From: an uncultured Methylomirabilota bacterium | GTDB lineage: Bacteria; Methylomirabilota; Methylomirabilia; Methylomirabilales; 2-02-FULL-66-22 | Assembly (NCBI GenBank): GCA_963842855.1 | Contig: CAWJHW010000003.1 | Span: 890,811 to 922,810 of the forward strand | DNA: 32,000 nucleotides | Reading direction: 5' to 3' | Shown: positions 1-9,602 of the stretch, piece after piece | Layout: each line of letters opens with the position of its first letter | Position numbering within the stretch: the stretch's first letter is position 1 | Program-made: the position numbers and the translations under genes | Notes under the pieces: generated by a model | Database searches by the model: none | Seen by the model: the letters and a program-made list of their open reading frames with translations, nothing else | Told to the model about the DNA's origin: nothing

Positions 1-231
1 ATCCGGAGCCTCCTGGAAGGAGCCGGTCTGAGGGAGGCGCGGGTTTTTGCCGCCGGAGTGATGCCGCCGTATCTCCCTGTCCTGTCCCGGTCGCCACGAT
101 TGCGCGAGGCGCAGGTCCGCATCGTGGAACGGACTCGGACGTTTTGGAAGCGGCTGGACGACACCCGCCTAGCCGAGTGGCTGGGCTTCTACTACTTCGC
201 TTGGGGGCGAAAGCCATTCCCCCATTCCTGA
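1..231 (+). CDS. 3' end of an ORF entering from the left edge (partial, product not identifiable)
   Basis: Frame 1 is open from base 1 to TGA at 229-231 (..LLEGAGLREARVFAAG..FYYFAWGRKPFPHS*). Same strand and close spacing to the downstream operon. No diagnostic motif in the 76 visible codons. Confidence 0.4.
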   Translation: MRSLLEGAGLREARVFAAGVMPPYLPVLSRSPRLREAQVRIVERTRTFWKRLDDTRLAEWLGFYYFAWGRKPFPHS

Positions 232-272
232 CGTAGGCTGGATCATCCTTCTTGCATCGGCCTGGAGCGCGC

Positions 273-1025
273 ATGTCTGGTAACGAGATCGAGCCCGTAG
301 GAACGTTCCGCCCCCAGTACCGTCTCCGATGGCGCGGCCTGGTTCGTCTGCTGGACCGTTTCCCCCGCGTGAAAGCCCGTCTGGCCGATCTGGTCCGCCG
401 CGTCTTGACGAAGGTGTTCGACCCGGGCATCGTCACCACCGAGCGCGTTGTGGAATACCCGTTCGTTTACCAGAACCTGACAGGTCTGACCGGGCCCATC
501 CTCGACATCGGCTGCGTCCACAGCAGGCTTCCCATCGCGCTGGCCTCGCGCGGGTACCGGGTGGTGGGCATCGATTTTCTTCCGTATCCCTACCGGCATC
601 CGAACCTCAAGGCCGTCCGCGGAGATGCTGCGCACGCCCCCTTCCGCACAACCAGCTTCGACGCGCTGGTGGCGATCTCCGTGATCGAGCACATCGGCAT
701 CGGCCACTACGGGGACCCCAGCGCCGAGGGCGGCGATCGCGAAGCGGTGCGGGAGATCGCCCGCATCCTCAAACCCGGAGGCCGAAGCCTGATCACGCTT
801 CCCTTCGGTCGCCCCCTGACCGACGATTCCAAGCGGGTCTACGACGCCCCGCGCCTCCAGTGGCTGCTCGCCCCCCTCCGGCTCCTTCACGTTGAATACG
901 CCTGGAGTCGACACGGGCTGTGGATGCCCTGCACGCAGGCCGAAGCGGCCATGGTTGACTGGAACGGTCCGAACCGTGCCGTGGTCCTGGTGGTCGCCAC
1001 GCGTCCGGAGGAGCCGGCGGCATGA
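273..1025 (+). CDS. class I SAM-dependent methyltransferase
   Basis: ORF track 252..1025; ATG 273 preferred over TTG 252. Motifs ILDIGC (SAM motif I), VAISVIEHIG, ILKPGGRSLITLPFG; N-terminal ERVVEYPFV segment. Stop overlaps the next start (ATGA at 1022-1025). Confidence 0.8.
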   Translation: MSGNEIEPVGTFRPQYRLRWRGLVRLLDRFPRVKARLADLVRRVLTKVFDPGIVTTERVVEYPFVYQNLTGLTGPILDIGCVHSRLPIALASRGYRVVGIDFLPYPYRHPNLKAVRGDAAHAPFRTTSFDALVAISVIEHIGIGHYGDPSAEGGDREAVREIARILKPGGRSLITLPFGRPLTDDSKRVYDAPRLQWLLAPLRLLHVEYAWSRHGLWMPCTQAEAAMVDWNGPNRAVVLVVATRPEEPAA

Positions 1026-2200
1026 GCCGGCTCCTGTTCCTGGCCCCCGCTCCCCCTTCGCCGACGGGAGGAGGCGGGTCCCTTCGGATGTTTCACATCC
1101 TCCGTTTCCTGGCAGAACGATTCGCAGTGGATCTGGTCGCACCCGCGCTTGACGGAATGGACGACACGGACAGACTGCTCCGCGCCCACTGCGCCGACAT
1201 GGAGTTCGTCCCCCCGGCTCCGAGGGGGAGGATGCGATGCGCCCCGCGCCTCGGCCCCTACGAGAGGGATCCGGCGCTGGCCGCCGTCGTCAGTCGCCGC
1301 CTTCGGTCAGGCGCGTACGGGGCGCTGCACGTCGAAAAGCCAGCCATGCTGCCATACGTGCCGGCCGGCACCCGGACTCCGATCATCCTGGACACGTTCG
1401 CCTATGGCCTCACCGGCGCGCTACGCGCCCTCCGGCACGAGGCCGGACTGCTCACCCGCGCCCGGAACCTGGTCCGCCTGATCCGGTTCGCGGCCTTCGA
1501 CACCTTCTGTTGGCCGGCCACTCACTGCATTCTGGTCGTCTCGGAGGTGGACCGGCAGCGTTGCCTTCGCGAACGCCCGGGCCGCAACGTCTTGGTTGTC
1601 CCCAATGGTGTGGATTGCGGGGCGGTGCGACCAGCCCCGTCCCGAGACGCCAACCGCGCCGTCCTGGTCTTCACTGGTGATATGGCCTTTGATCCGAATG
1701 TCCAGGCTGCATGCTCCCTGGCCTCTCACGTCTTCCCAGCGGTTCGCCGTCTGTACCCGGACGCAGAGTTGCGCTTGGTGGGCCGAAACCCGAGTCCCCG
1801 AGTCCTCGCCCTTCGCGGACCGGGTGTCACCGTGACCGGGGAGGTACCCGACATGGTTCCCCACCTGCGCGCGGCCAGCGTGTACGTGGCACCCATTGCC
1901 ACCGGCGCGGGCACGCGCACGAAGCTGCTAGAGGCAATGGCGGCTGGTCTGCCCATCGTGACCACCCGCGTTGGCCTCGAAGGCATTGAAGCGACAGACG
2001 GCATCCACGTGATGGTCGCCGACGATCCTGGTGCGACTGCCGCTGCCGTCTTCCGCCTCCTGGCGGACCCGGGGAAGCGACGTGACCTCGGCTGTGCAGC
2101 GCGGCGCTTGGTAGAAGACCGGTATGACTGGGCGCGCTGCCTCGCGCCTCTCGAGGCCCTCTACGCGGAACTCCTGCCTCCAAAGGCTTCACGATGCTGA
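1022..2200 (+). CDS. glycosyltransferase, GT4 / Glycos_transf_1 type
   Basis: 392 aa. C-terminal GT-B signature GEVPDMVPHLRAASVYVAPIATGAGTRTKLLEAMAAGLPIVTT. Overlaps neighbours at both ends. Confidence 0.85.
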   Translation: MSRLLFLAPAPPSPTGGGGSLRMFHILRFLAERFAVDLVAPALDGMDDTDRLLRAHCADMEFVPPAPRGRMRCAPRLGPYERDPALAAVVSRRLRSGAYGALHVEKPAMLPYVPAGTRTPIILDTFAYGLTGALRALRHEAGLLTRARNLVRLIRFAAFDTFCWPATHCILVVSEVDRQRCLRERPGRNVLVVPNGVDCGAVRPAPSRDANRAVLVFTGDMAFDPNVQAACSLASHVFPAVRRLYPDAELRLVGRNPSPRVLALRGPGVTVTGEVPDMVPHLRAASVYVAPIATGAGTRTKLLEAMAAGLPIVTTRVGLEGIEATDGIHVMVADDPGATAAAVFRLLADPGKRRDLGCAARRLVEDRYDWARCLAPLEALYAELLPPKASRC

Positions 2201-3222
2201 GCTTCTCGGTAGTGGTTCCCGTTCGGAATGCGGCCCGAACCCTGCCGGACTGCCTCAGCGCACTGGCACGGCTGGACCCCGCACCGACGGAGGCTCTGCT
2301 GGTCGATAACGGCTCAACGGACAGGAGCCTCGAACTTCTTCACGCCTTCGCCAGGAACTGGAGAACAGAAGACGTGCAGGTTCTTACGGAGCCACGGCGG
2401 GGTCCTGCGGCCGCTCGCAACGCCGGTGTTCGAGGAGCGAAGGGCGATGTCATCGCATTTACCGACGCCGACTGCGTCCCCGAGGTAGGCTGGCTGCATC
2501 ACTTGGCCGAGCCTTTCAAGGATCCCATCGTGGGCGCCGTGGCCGGCCGAGTGGTCGCGGCCCCCGCATCCTCGATTCCGGAACTCTTCAGCGCCCTCTA
2601 TACTCTCAAGTTACCGGATAAGCCTGCGAGGCAGCACCAGTGGACGCCGTGGGAGGGTGGGTACCCGACTGCGAACCTTGCGGTCCGACGCCGCCTCCTG
2701 GAAGACGTGGGCGCCTTCGACGAGCGACTCCGGATAGGGGAGGATTACGACCTATGCGCCCGGCTCTACGGTCGGGGGGCCGAGATCGCCTACGTGCCAG
2801 CGGCGCGGGTGGCTCATCATCACAGGACGACCCTTTTGGGCATGCTGCGCCAGTCCTTCGATTTCGGCCGAGCCCACCCCTGTCTACTCCAACGTCACGC
2901 TGCCAAAGGCCTTTGGATCGACCTTCCTGGTCGTTCCTTCCTGTACCGCAGATGGCCTGGGCGAGCCTGGGTAGACCTTGCCTCGGCCGACAAGAAGATG
3001 CTCGCCATTCTGGCTCTGGGAGGGGCTTACCACCCAGCGCTGTTATTGCTTCCGCTGTACGCCATATGGCTAGTCATGTCTACTAGCCGCCGGGCTCGGG
3101 AAGCCGGAACCCCGGTCTCGGCGGCAGCGATCGGCCTCGCGGTGCTGCTGGTGCTCAAATCGACGGCCATGACCGCAGGTCGATGGTGGGGATCACTCAG
3201 GTACCGCGCCTTCTGCTTCTAG
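2194..3222 (+). CDS. glycosyltransferase family 2 with hydrophobic C-terminal tail
   Basis: FSVVVPVRNAARTLPDCL, LVDNGSTDRS, IAFTDADC (DxD), IGEDYDL; C-terminal hydrophobic stretches (LAILALGGAYHPALLLLPLYAIWLV, AAAIGLAVLLVL). Confidence 0.85.
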   Translation: MLSFSVVVPVRNAARTLPDCLSALARLDPAPTEALLVDNGSTDRSLELLHAFARNWRTEDVQVLTEPRRGPAAARNAGVRGAKGDVIAFTDADCVPEVGWLHHLAEPFKDPIVGAVAGRVVAAPASSIPELFSALYTLKLPDKPARQHQWTPWEGGYPTANLAVRRRLLEDVGAFDERLRIGEDYDLCARLYGRGAEIAYVPAARVAHHHRTTLLGMLRQSFDFGRAHPCLLQRHAAKGLWIDLPGRSFLYRRWPGRAWVDLASADKKMLAILALGGAYHPALLLLPLYAIWLVMSTSRRAREAGTPVSAAAIGLAVLLVLKSTAMTAGRWWGSLRYRAFCF

Positions 3223-3841
3223 ACGCTGGGCGACCGGCCAGCTCCGCAGAGGATGGGCCATGAAGCACAGCCTGTTCCGCATGGTGATGCGGATCTATCG
3301 GGCGCTGTTTGCCCGGAAGCGCCTCTATGCGGTGAACAGGCTCCTGTTCAACTTGAGCCTGCGGGGGATCGGAGTGCTAAATGACGAGGACAGGAATTGG
3401 GCCTACACCGGGGAGGAACATCTGCTCCGCCGCGTGGCCCGGAGCTGGAGGACGCGCCCCACGGTCCTGGATGTCGGCGCGAACGTTGGAGAATACGCCA
3501 GGCGGGTCATGCGGCTGGCGCCCGACTCGTCCCTCTATGCCTTTGAGCCGCACCCGAAGACCTTCGTCGAGCTTCAACGCCAGGCGAATCTCTACGGGTA
3601 CACGGCGCTCAACGTCGCCTGTGGAGAGCGGAAAGGCACTGTCCTCCTGTATGACTATCAGGCTCATGACGGATCGCCTCATGCGTCCCTGCACCAGGGG
3701 GTCATTGAGGCCCTTCACAGGGCGCCTTCCACATCGACTGCCGTGGAGATGATCACGCTCGACGATTTCTTACGCGAGCGCGGCATTTCAAAAGTGGATC
3801 TCGTGAAGATCGACACCGAGGGAAACGAGTTGAAGGTGCTA

Positions 3842-4976
3842 GTGTGCTGTAACAGAAATAGCTTGACAATCAGGTGCTGTATGTGTACAAGGGCTCATGT
3901 TTACTCCAGCGCGGGCGCTCACGATCGACGAGAATCAGCGGAAGCGACTCCGGTTCCTGGCGAACTCGGGCAAGACACCGCAGAAGGTGGCCCTGCGGGC
4001 CCGGATCGTCCTGCTGGCCAGCGAGGGCGTCCCCAACAACGCCATCGCGGCGCGGCTGGGCACCAGTCGCCCGACGGTGCTGCTGTGGCGGAGCCGGTTT
4101 CAGGCCCGGGGGGCGCCCGGGCTGCTGAAGGATGCGCCGCGGCCGGGCCGCAAGAAGGCTCTCTCGCCTGCGGTCGTGAAGCGGGTGGTCGAGGCGACCT
4201 TGCGCAGTACCCCGCGGGGGGCGACGCACTGGAGCACCCGCACCCTGGCCAAGGCCCAGGGCCTCTCCCACATGACGGTCCAGCGGATCTGGAAGCAGCA
4301 TGGGCTGCAGCCGCACCGGGTGGAGACTTTCAAGCTCTCCCGCGATCCCCACTTTGTCGAGAAGCTGCGCGACGTGGTGGGGCTGTACCTCGATCCGCCG
4401 GACCGGGCCGTGGTCCTGTCGGTGGACGAGAAGAGCCAAATCCAGGCCCTCGACCGGACCCAACCGGGGCTGCCGATGAAGCGGGGCCGCTGCGGCACGA
4501 TGACCCACGACTACAAGCGCCACGGGACCACCACCCTCTACGCGGCCCTCTGCCTGCTCGATGGCAAGGTCATCGGCCAGTGTCTGCCCCGGCACCGCAG
4601 CCAGGAGTTCCTCCGCTTCCTCCGTACCCTCGATCAGCAGACGCCGGCGGCCCTGGACCTGCATCTCATCGTGGACAACTACGGCACCCACAAGAGCCCC
4701 CCGGTCCAGCGCTGGCTCCACCGCCACCCGCGCTTCCATCTCCACTTCACGCCCACGGGCAGCTCCTGGCTCAACCTGGTCGAGCGCTGGTTCCGCGAGA
4801 TCACCCAGAAGCGCATCCGTCGCGGCAGCTTCGCCAGCGTCAAGGAGCTCCTGGCCGCGATCCAGGAGTACCTCGATGAGTACAACCGCGCTCCCAAACG
4901 CTTCGTCTGGACCAAGAGCGCTGACATGATCATGGCGAAGGTCGATCGTTGTAAAGCAGCGTTAGTTACACAACAC
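3842..4976 (+). mobile_element. IS630-family insertion sequence, single-ORF type, apparently intact
   Basis: Imperfect terminal inverted repeats GTGTGCTGTAAC.. (3842-) and ..GTTACACAACAC (-4976). TA on both flanks (3840-3841 and 4977-4978), as expected for IS630/Tc1-type TA target duplication. Encodes a full transposase. Confidence 0.85.
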
Positions 4977-4979
4977 TAG
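3897..4979 (+). CDS. IS630-family DDE transposase
   Basis: 360 aa. N-terminal HTH region (LLASEGVPNNAIAARLGTSRPTVLLWRSRF). DDE_3-type core VLSVDEKSQIQAL .. LHLIVDNYGTHK .. FHLHFTPTGSSWLNLVERWF. The TAG stop is made of the flanking TA plus G. Confidence 0.9.
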   Translation: MFTPARALTIDENQRKRLRFLANSGKTPQKVALRARIVLLASEGVPNNAIAARLGTSRPTVLLWRSRFQARGAPGLLKDAPRPGRKKALSPAVVKRVVEATLRSTPRGATHWSTRTLAKAQGLSHMTVQRIWKQHGLQPHRVETFKLSRDPHFVEKLRDVVGLYLDPPDRAVVLSVDEKSQIQALDRTQPGLPMKRGRCGTMTHDYKRHGTTTLYAALCLLDGKVIGQCLPRHRSQEFLRFLRTLDQQTPAALDLHLIVDNYGTHKSPPVQRWLHRHPRFHLHFTPTGSSWLNLVERWFREITQKRIRRGSFASVKELLAAIQEYLDEYNRAPKRFVWTKSADMIMAKVDRCKAALVTQH

Positions 4980-5269
4980 AGGGACTCCGGGCGTCGATCA
5001 CGGGTGAGATGGTGGATATGATCCAGTTCGAGTTCAACGCGATGAACGTCTTCAGCCGGGCGTTCTTCAGGGATTTCTGGGCGTTTTTGCCGCACTACGA
5101 CTTTTACCGGCTCCTCCCGGACGGTCCGGTATCGCTCGGCGAGTACAGCCCGATATTCTGGGAACTGTTCGCATCCCAAAATATTGTCGCCGTCCGGAGG
5201 GGATGTAGGGTTCGGCTATGATCGCGGCTGGTCGGTTGTGGACCCCGTGACGCCTACCGGCGGCCTGAC

Positions 5270-6325
5270 GTGCATGGACGAGCCAACATGAGCAGGCAGG
5301 TTTTCGGTCCCGCTCGTCGTTCCCTTGGGGGGGTGGGCGCCGCTTCAGCGGACGGAAAGGCGCCGGTCACGTCCGTGGTGATCTGCACGAAGGATCGGCC
5401 GACCGACCTCGCGCGGGCCATCGCGTCCGTCCGGGCATCCGGCGAGGCCGGCCGTAGCGCCGAGATTGTCGTCGTGGAGGAGGCTGACACTCCCCGGCAG
5501 ATCACGGGCGTTCAATACGTTCACCTCCCGCGCGGAGGACGCGGTTTCGGCCACGCACGAAACGTGGGTATCCGTGCCGCAGGTGGCGACATCGTCCTCT
5601 TCATGGATGATGACTGTGAGGCCGCGCCAGCGTGGCTGAACTCTCTGCTGGCCCCCCTGCTCAGCGATCCGGAGGTCCTGGGCGTTGCCGGTGCTGTCCT
5701 CGTCCGCGACTGCACACTAGTTGGATATGCGGAAAACATTCTGGGATTTCCAGGGGGCGGACTGCGATACCTTCATGCGGCGAAAGGAAAGATCGTCCCC
5801 ACCCGCTATCTTTCCACCTGCAATTGCGCGTACCGGCGAGACGCCGTGATCCGCGCCGGCGGCTTTCCGGAGGAAGCGAGGTTTGGGGGCGAAGATTTCC
5901 TTTTGGCCGAGTGGGTGGCGACTCTGGGACGGTGCCTTTACGCGCCAGGCGCCGTTGTATATCATCGGCCCCGGGGGCGCCTCCGCGCCGTCTTCCACTG
6001 GTTCATGCGTCGTGGCGAGAGCGAGATCATGCTCCTCCATGCCACGACGCCTCGAAGGAGCTTTGGGCGGTACCTGCTCCGGAGCTCTTGGGCCATGCGG
6101 TTGCTGCTGCTCATGGCAGTGCTGGGACGGTGGCCGCAGCTCGCCATCTTGCTCCCACCCGCCGGGATTCTGTACTACGGGCTGATCCTCCGGCGATTCC
6201 GATTCGCGCGGGCCTACCCGTCGCACCGGCAGGCATGGTGGCTGGTTCCGATCGTGAAACTCACCATGGATCTCGGCATGGAGCTGGGTCGGTGGAAAGG
6301 CCTGCTGTCGAGGGGACGCCGGTGA
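5270..6325 (+). CDS. glycosyltransferase family 2 with hydrophobic C-terminal tail
   Basis: VTSVVICTKDRPTDLARAIASV, LFMDDDC (DxD), FGGEDFLL; C-terminal hydrophobic segments (AMRLLLLMAVLG, LAILLPPAGILYYGLIL). Start could be ATG 5288. Confidence 0.8.
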   Translation: MHGRANMSRQVFGPARRSLGGVGAASADGKAPVTSVVICTKDRPTDLARAIASVRASGEAGRSAEIVVVEEADTPRQITGVQYVHLPRGGRGFGHARNVGIRAAGGDIVLFMDDDCEAAPAWLNSLLAPLLSDPEVLGVAGAVLVRDCTLVGYAENILGFPGGGLRYLHAAKGKIVPTRYLSTCNCAYRRDAVIRAGGFPEEARFGGEDFLLAEWVATLGRCLYAPGAVVYHRPRGRLRAVFHWFMRRGESEIMLLHATTPRRSFGRYLLRSSWAMRLLLLMAVLGRWPQLAILLPPAGILYYGLILRRFRFARAYPSHRQAWWLVPIVKLTMDLGMELGRWKGLLSRGRR

Positions 6326-7443
6326 TGAAAACCTCGCCTGCCGTTCTCGTGATTTCAAACCACGGCGAGATCCTCGGGGGCGGGGAGATCAGCCTCCTCG
6401 GCCTGCTCGAAGGTCTCGACCGATCCCGCTGGATGCCCATCGTGGTGGTCCCCGTTGAGGGGGCAGTCGCCTCCCGCTGCCGCGCCCTGGGCCTTCCCAT
6501 CCATGTCGTCCCTCTCCCGACGATCCACCGGCCGGGGTCTGCCCTGCTCCGATCCGTGATGGCCCTGCGGGCCCTGATCCGGAGCACCGGGGCCGGCCTC
6601 TTGCACGCGAACGGATCGCGAGCCATGTTCTACGCCGGCCTGGCAGGGCGCCTCAGCGGGCGGCCGGTCATCTGGCACGTGCGCGTTGCCGACCGCGACA
6701 GCCTGCTCGACCCGTTGCTGACTCGCCTGGCCTCGGCAGTCATCGTCAACTCGAAAGCCGTGGGGCGGCGGTTTTCGGGGGCGCCCGGCGGCAAGGTGCG
6801 CTGCATCTATAACGGCGTGGACCTCAAACGGTTCAGCCCGCGCCAGCCTCCCGCGGGCCTCCGGGCGTCCCTCGGCCTCCCGGATGGCCCACCCGTGGTT
6901 GGGAGCATCGGCCGCTTCGTCCCCTACAAAGGCTACGCGTACCTCCTGGAGGCGGCGCGACTCGTCCGAGATGTCAAGCCAGCCGTCCACTGGGTTCTGG
7001 TCGGCGACGGCGAGCTGCGCGGGGAGCTGGAGAGTCAGCGGCGCAGCCTCGGCCTGGAAACCCAGGTGCACCTTCCCGGCTGGCGCGAGGACGTTCCTGA
7101 CGTCCTGGCTCTCTGTGACCTGTTCGTCTTGCCTTCTGTGGTGGAACATTTCGGACGGGTTCTCATCGAGGCGATGGCCATGGGCAAAGCCGTCGTGGCC
7201 ACCGACGCGGGTGGCGTCCCCGAGATCGTGATTCAGGGTGAGACGGGCCTGCTGGTGCCGCCCGCGCAGCCGAAAGACCTTGCCGAGGCCGTGCTAACGC
7301 TTCTGGAGGATGCTCCTCGCGCCCTCCGTTTCGGCGCGGCCGGCCGCCGACGGGCCGAAACCACGTTCAGTCTCGCGCGCCACGTGGAGGCCGTCGAGAC
7401 ACTCTACCGAGAGGTCCTGGGCACGCAGCATGGAAGCCTGTAA
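6325..7443 (+). CDS. glycosyltransferase, GT4 type
   Basis: Internal ATG 6325 of track ORF 5632..7443 overlaps the preceding stop (GTGATGA). N-terminus VLVISNHGEILGGGEISLL; C-terminus DLFVLPSVVEHFGRVLIEAMAMGKAVVATDAGGVPEIV. The upstream 230 codons of the track ORF overlap the GT2 gene out of frame. Confidence 0.85.
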   Translation: MKTSPAVLVISNHGEILGGGEISLLGLLEGLDRSRWMPIVVVPVEGAVASRCRALGLPIHVVPLPTIHRPGSALLRSVMALRALIRSTGAGLLHANGSRAMFYAGLAGRLSGRPVIWHVRVADRDSLLDPLLTRLASAVIVNSKAVGRRFSGAPGGKVRCIYNGVDLKRFSPRQPPAGLRASLGLPDGPPVVGSIGRFVPYKGYAYLLEAARLVRDVKPAVHWVLVGDGELRGELESQRRSLGLETQVHLPGWREDVPDVLALCDLFVLPSVVEHFGRVLIEAMAMGKAVVATDAGGVPEIVIQGETGLLVPPAQPKDLAEAVLTLLEDAPRALRFGAAGRRRAETTFSLARHVEAVETLYREVLGTQHGSL

Positions 7444-8260
7444 TCTCTGCGGCGGGACGCGCTGGCAGACCCTGGAGGAGATGGGTGGGACCCGGATCGT
7501 CCGGTGTAGTTGCGGCCTTGTCTTTCTTTGGCCGCAGCCACCCAGATCCTCGCTGAAACAGGCATACGACGCGGCCTACTATCGGCCCTGGGAGGATCAA
7601 GCCCACCTCCGGGAGATCATCTGGCGGCAACGGATGGACCGGGTTGCCACCCTCGGTCCCCCGGGCAGGCTGCTGGACGTGGGGTGCGGAACGGGGATCT
7701 TCCTGCGATTGGCCAAGAGGCATGGATGGGAGGTGGCAGGCACGGAGATCTCCCATGCCGGGGCGGAAGCGGCGAAGGCGGAGGAGGCGACTGTCCGCGA
7801 AGGGGAGATATGGGAGGCAGAGTTCCCCGCGGCCTCGTTCGATCTGGTGACGTGCTGGCATGTCATCGAGCACGTGTCTGATCCCCGGCGATTCCTGGAG
7901 GAGATCTACCGCATTCTCCGGCCAGGGGGTTGGCTCGTTCTTGCAACCCCGAACTTGCACGACTATGTCTTCCGCGCCGCATACACTGCGGCACGGGGAC
8001 GGCCTCCCCGATTCTACGAGCCCAATGAACGGGAGGTGCACTTGTTCGTATTCTCGGCTGAGACTCTCCAGCGGCTCGTCGCGTCCGTGGGCTTCACAGG
8101 TGTCCGTGTTGGCTTTGATCGAGGCGCAGCGGCGACCTGGGGAAAGCGCGTCGTGGACGAGGTAGCGTACGCCTGGTTTCGCCTCACCGGGCTCCACTGG
8201 GGTATGGCCTTGGATCTGGTGGCGCGGAAGGCACGTGACCCCGGAGGGCTGCATGACTAG
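7430..8260 (+). CDS. SAM-dependent methyltransferase with N-terminal Cys4 zinc-ribbon
   Basis: ATG 7430 (overlaps the GT4 stop by 14 nt). CNLCGG..x..CSCG ribbon, LLDVGCGTGIF (motif I), VIEHVSDPRRFLEEIYRILRPGGWLVLATPN. Confidence 0.8.
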   Translation: MEACNLCGGTRWQTLEEMGGTRIVRCSCGLVFLWPQPPRSSLKQAYDAAYYRPWEDQAHLREIIWRQRMDRVATLGPPGRLLDVGCGTGIFLRLAKRHGWEVAGTEISHAGAEAAKAEEATVREGEIWEAEFPAASFDLVTCWHVIEHVSDPRRFLEEIYRILRPGGWLVLATPNLHDYVFRAAYTAARGRPPRFYEPNEREVHLFVFSAETLQRLVASVGFTGVRVGFDRGAAATWGKRVVDEVAYAWFRLTGLHWGMALDLVARKARDPGGLHD

Positions 8261-9521
8261 GGACGTATTACCACCCCCTGACCGGCCTTCTCGGACGCGA
8301 TCCTGGCTCCCGATAGACGGGACGTCCTGTGGTGTGTTCCTACTCCTCGTGATCGGCTTTAGCATAGCGCGGTACTCCCACGACGCTGTGAAGCTCCTGA
8401 CCGACTCTCGCTTCATCGACTTCGGCCACTATTACACCTATGCTATGGTCGTACGTCTTGGGCACAATCCTTTTGACCCACAGGCAGTTAGCCAGACCGA
8501 CGCAATACTGAACATTCGCCGGGCAAGCGCCGCCGCCAACTACCCTCCTCTCTTCTATCTCCTCATGCAACCTTGGACTCTCCTCCCATTTCGCACGGCA
8601 GCCGTGGTTTGGTTCTTCAGTTCCCAGGGGTTTCTTGCCATTACAATGGTGCTCTGTGCGCGCCGCTTCTGGCCTCTGGCCCCTGTCGAGTTGGCAACGC
8701 TGCTCTTCATAACACTTAACTACCAACCCCTGATCGAGGATCTGGCTCTGGGGCAAACAAATACCCTTCTTCTCCTCCTCGTAACCCTGGCTTGGTGGGG
8801 CCTCCGGATCGGACGCCCATGGGTTGCCGCCGTTGCGGTCGCGCTTTGTCCTTTTATTAAGGTGCAGTACGTTTTGCTTCTTCCCCTACTTTGGTACATG
8901 AAACAACGACGTGTTCTGGGCCGAGGCTTAGTCCTCATGGCGATCGGGTCCGCCCTAGGTCTCCTCGGCCTCGGATTGGCCCACCACTTCCAATACCTTC
9001 GATACTTGGCGACGGGAACAGAACCCCTGAGCGACTGGACCATGAATCTCTCGTTGCTCGGCACGCTGCACCGGTTGCTCCGTGGGGTCGGCGAGTCGTG
9101 GCACTTCGCGTCCGTACTGACGCTCACGGCCGACGGACTGATTATCGTGACGCTCGGCCGCACCATTCCGCGGCAAGTGCCCCCTTCCTCGCCCGGGATG
9201 GACTGGATCTGGGGTCTCGGGGTGACTGCCATCCCTCTTCTGTCTCCACTGACTGAAGAACATCACCTCGTGCTCCTTCTCTTCCCGCTCTTCCTCTTGG
9301 TGCTGCGCGATCCTGGTCCTCAGAGGCAGTTCGCGGACACGGGACTCCTGATCCTGAGCATTCTGCTCCTAGGGAGCCGATACTCCCTCGAACGCTTCCC
9401 GGAATTCCATGCGGGACTCTTGTCACTGCTGAGTACCGGGAAACTCCTGGGCGTCGTTGGATTGGCCTGGGTACTCAGCCGACGGTTGCGGAAAACATCC
9501 GAGAGGGGCCAAGTGGCGTGA
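8235..9521 (+). CDS. polytopic membrane glycosyltransferase, GT87 / DUF2029 (GT-C) type
   Basis: FIDFGHYYTYAMVVRLGHNPFD, NYPPLFYLL, LGQTNTLLLLL, FIKVQY, EEHHLVLLL and many hydrophobic helices. Alternative start ATG 8253 (8-nt overlap with the upstream stop). Confidence 0.7.
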   Translation: MTPEGCMTRDVLPPPDRPSRTRSWLPIDGTSCGVFLLLVIGFSIARYSHDAVKLLTDSRFIDFGHYYTYAMVVRLGHNPFDPQAVSQTDAILNIRRASAAANYPPLFYLLMQPWTLLPFRTAAVVWFFSSQGFLAITMVLCARRFWPLAPVELATLLFITLNYQPLIEDLALGQTNTLLLLLVTLAWWGLRIGRPWVAAVAVALCPFIKVQYVLLLPLLWYMKQRRVLGRGLVLMAIGSALGLLGLGLAHHFQYLRYLATGTEPLSDWTMNLSLLGTLHRLLRGVGESWHFASVLTLTADGLIIVTLGRTIPRQVPPSSPGMDWIWGLGVTAIPLLSPLTEEHHLVLLLFPLFLLVLRDPGPQRQFADTGLLILSILLLGSRYSLERFPEFHAGLLSLLSTGKLLGVVGLAWVLSRRLRKTSERGQVA

Positions 9522-9602
9522 TTGTTGGGCGCAGTCTCATGCTACACGCCAATCGTGCTGGAGACTTACTGAAAGGCCACCTCGACGGTTCGGGTAGAAA
9601 CA

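Larger units (their letters stand above)
3260..5221 (+). pseudogene. FkbM-family methyltransferase split by an IS630 insertion (exon-like halves 3260..3841 and 4979..5221)
   Basis: The 5' half reads VLDVGANVGEYA, LYAFEPHP, VDLVKIDTEGNELKVL, then leaves the family at 3841. The frame at 4979 resumes EGLRASITGEMVDMIQFEFNAMNVF.., the expected FkbM continuation. Joining the halves with a single TA gives an uninterrupted 274-codon ORF. Confidence 0.85.

Noticed and set aside
3260-4879. 539-aa ORF in the track
   Set aside because: It is a read-through artefact: the FkbM 5' half runs out of frame through the IS630 element. After residue ~194 the sequence is P/G/A/R junk.
5632-7443. Long N-terminal extensions of track ORFs 5632..7443, 7310..8260, 11243..12352, 18265..20271 and 19817..21820
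   Set aside because: The extensions overlap the preceding well-supported genes in another frame and are compositionally junk. Internal starts that overlap the upstream stop codons fit the family N-termini.
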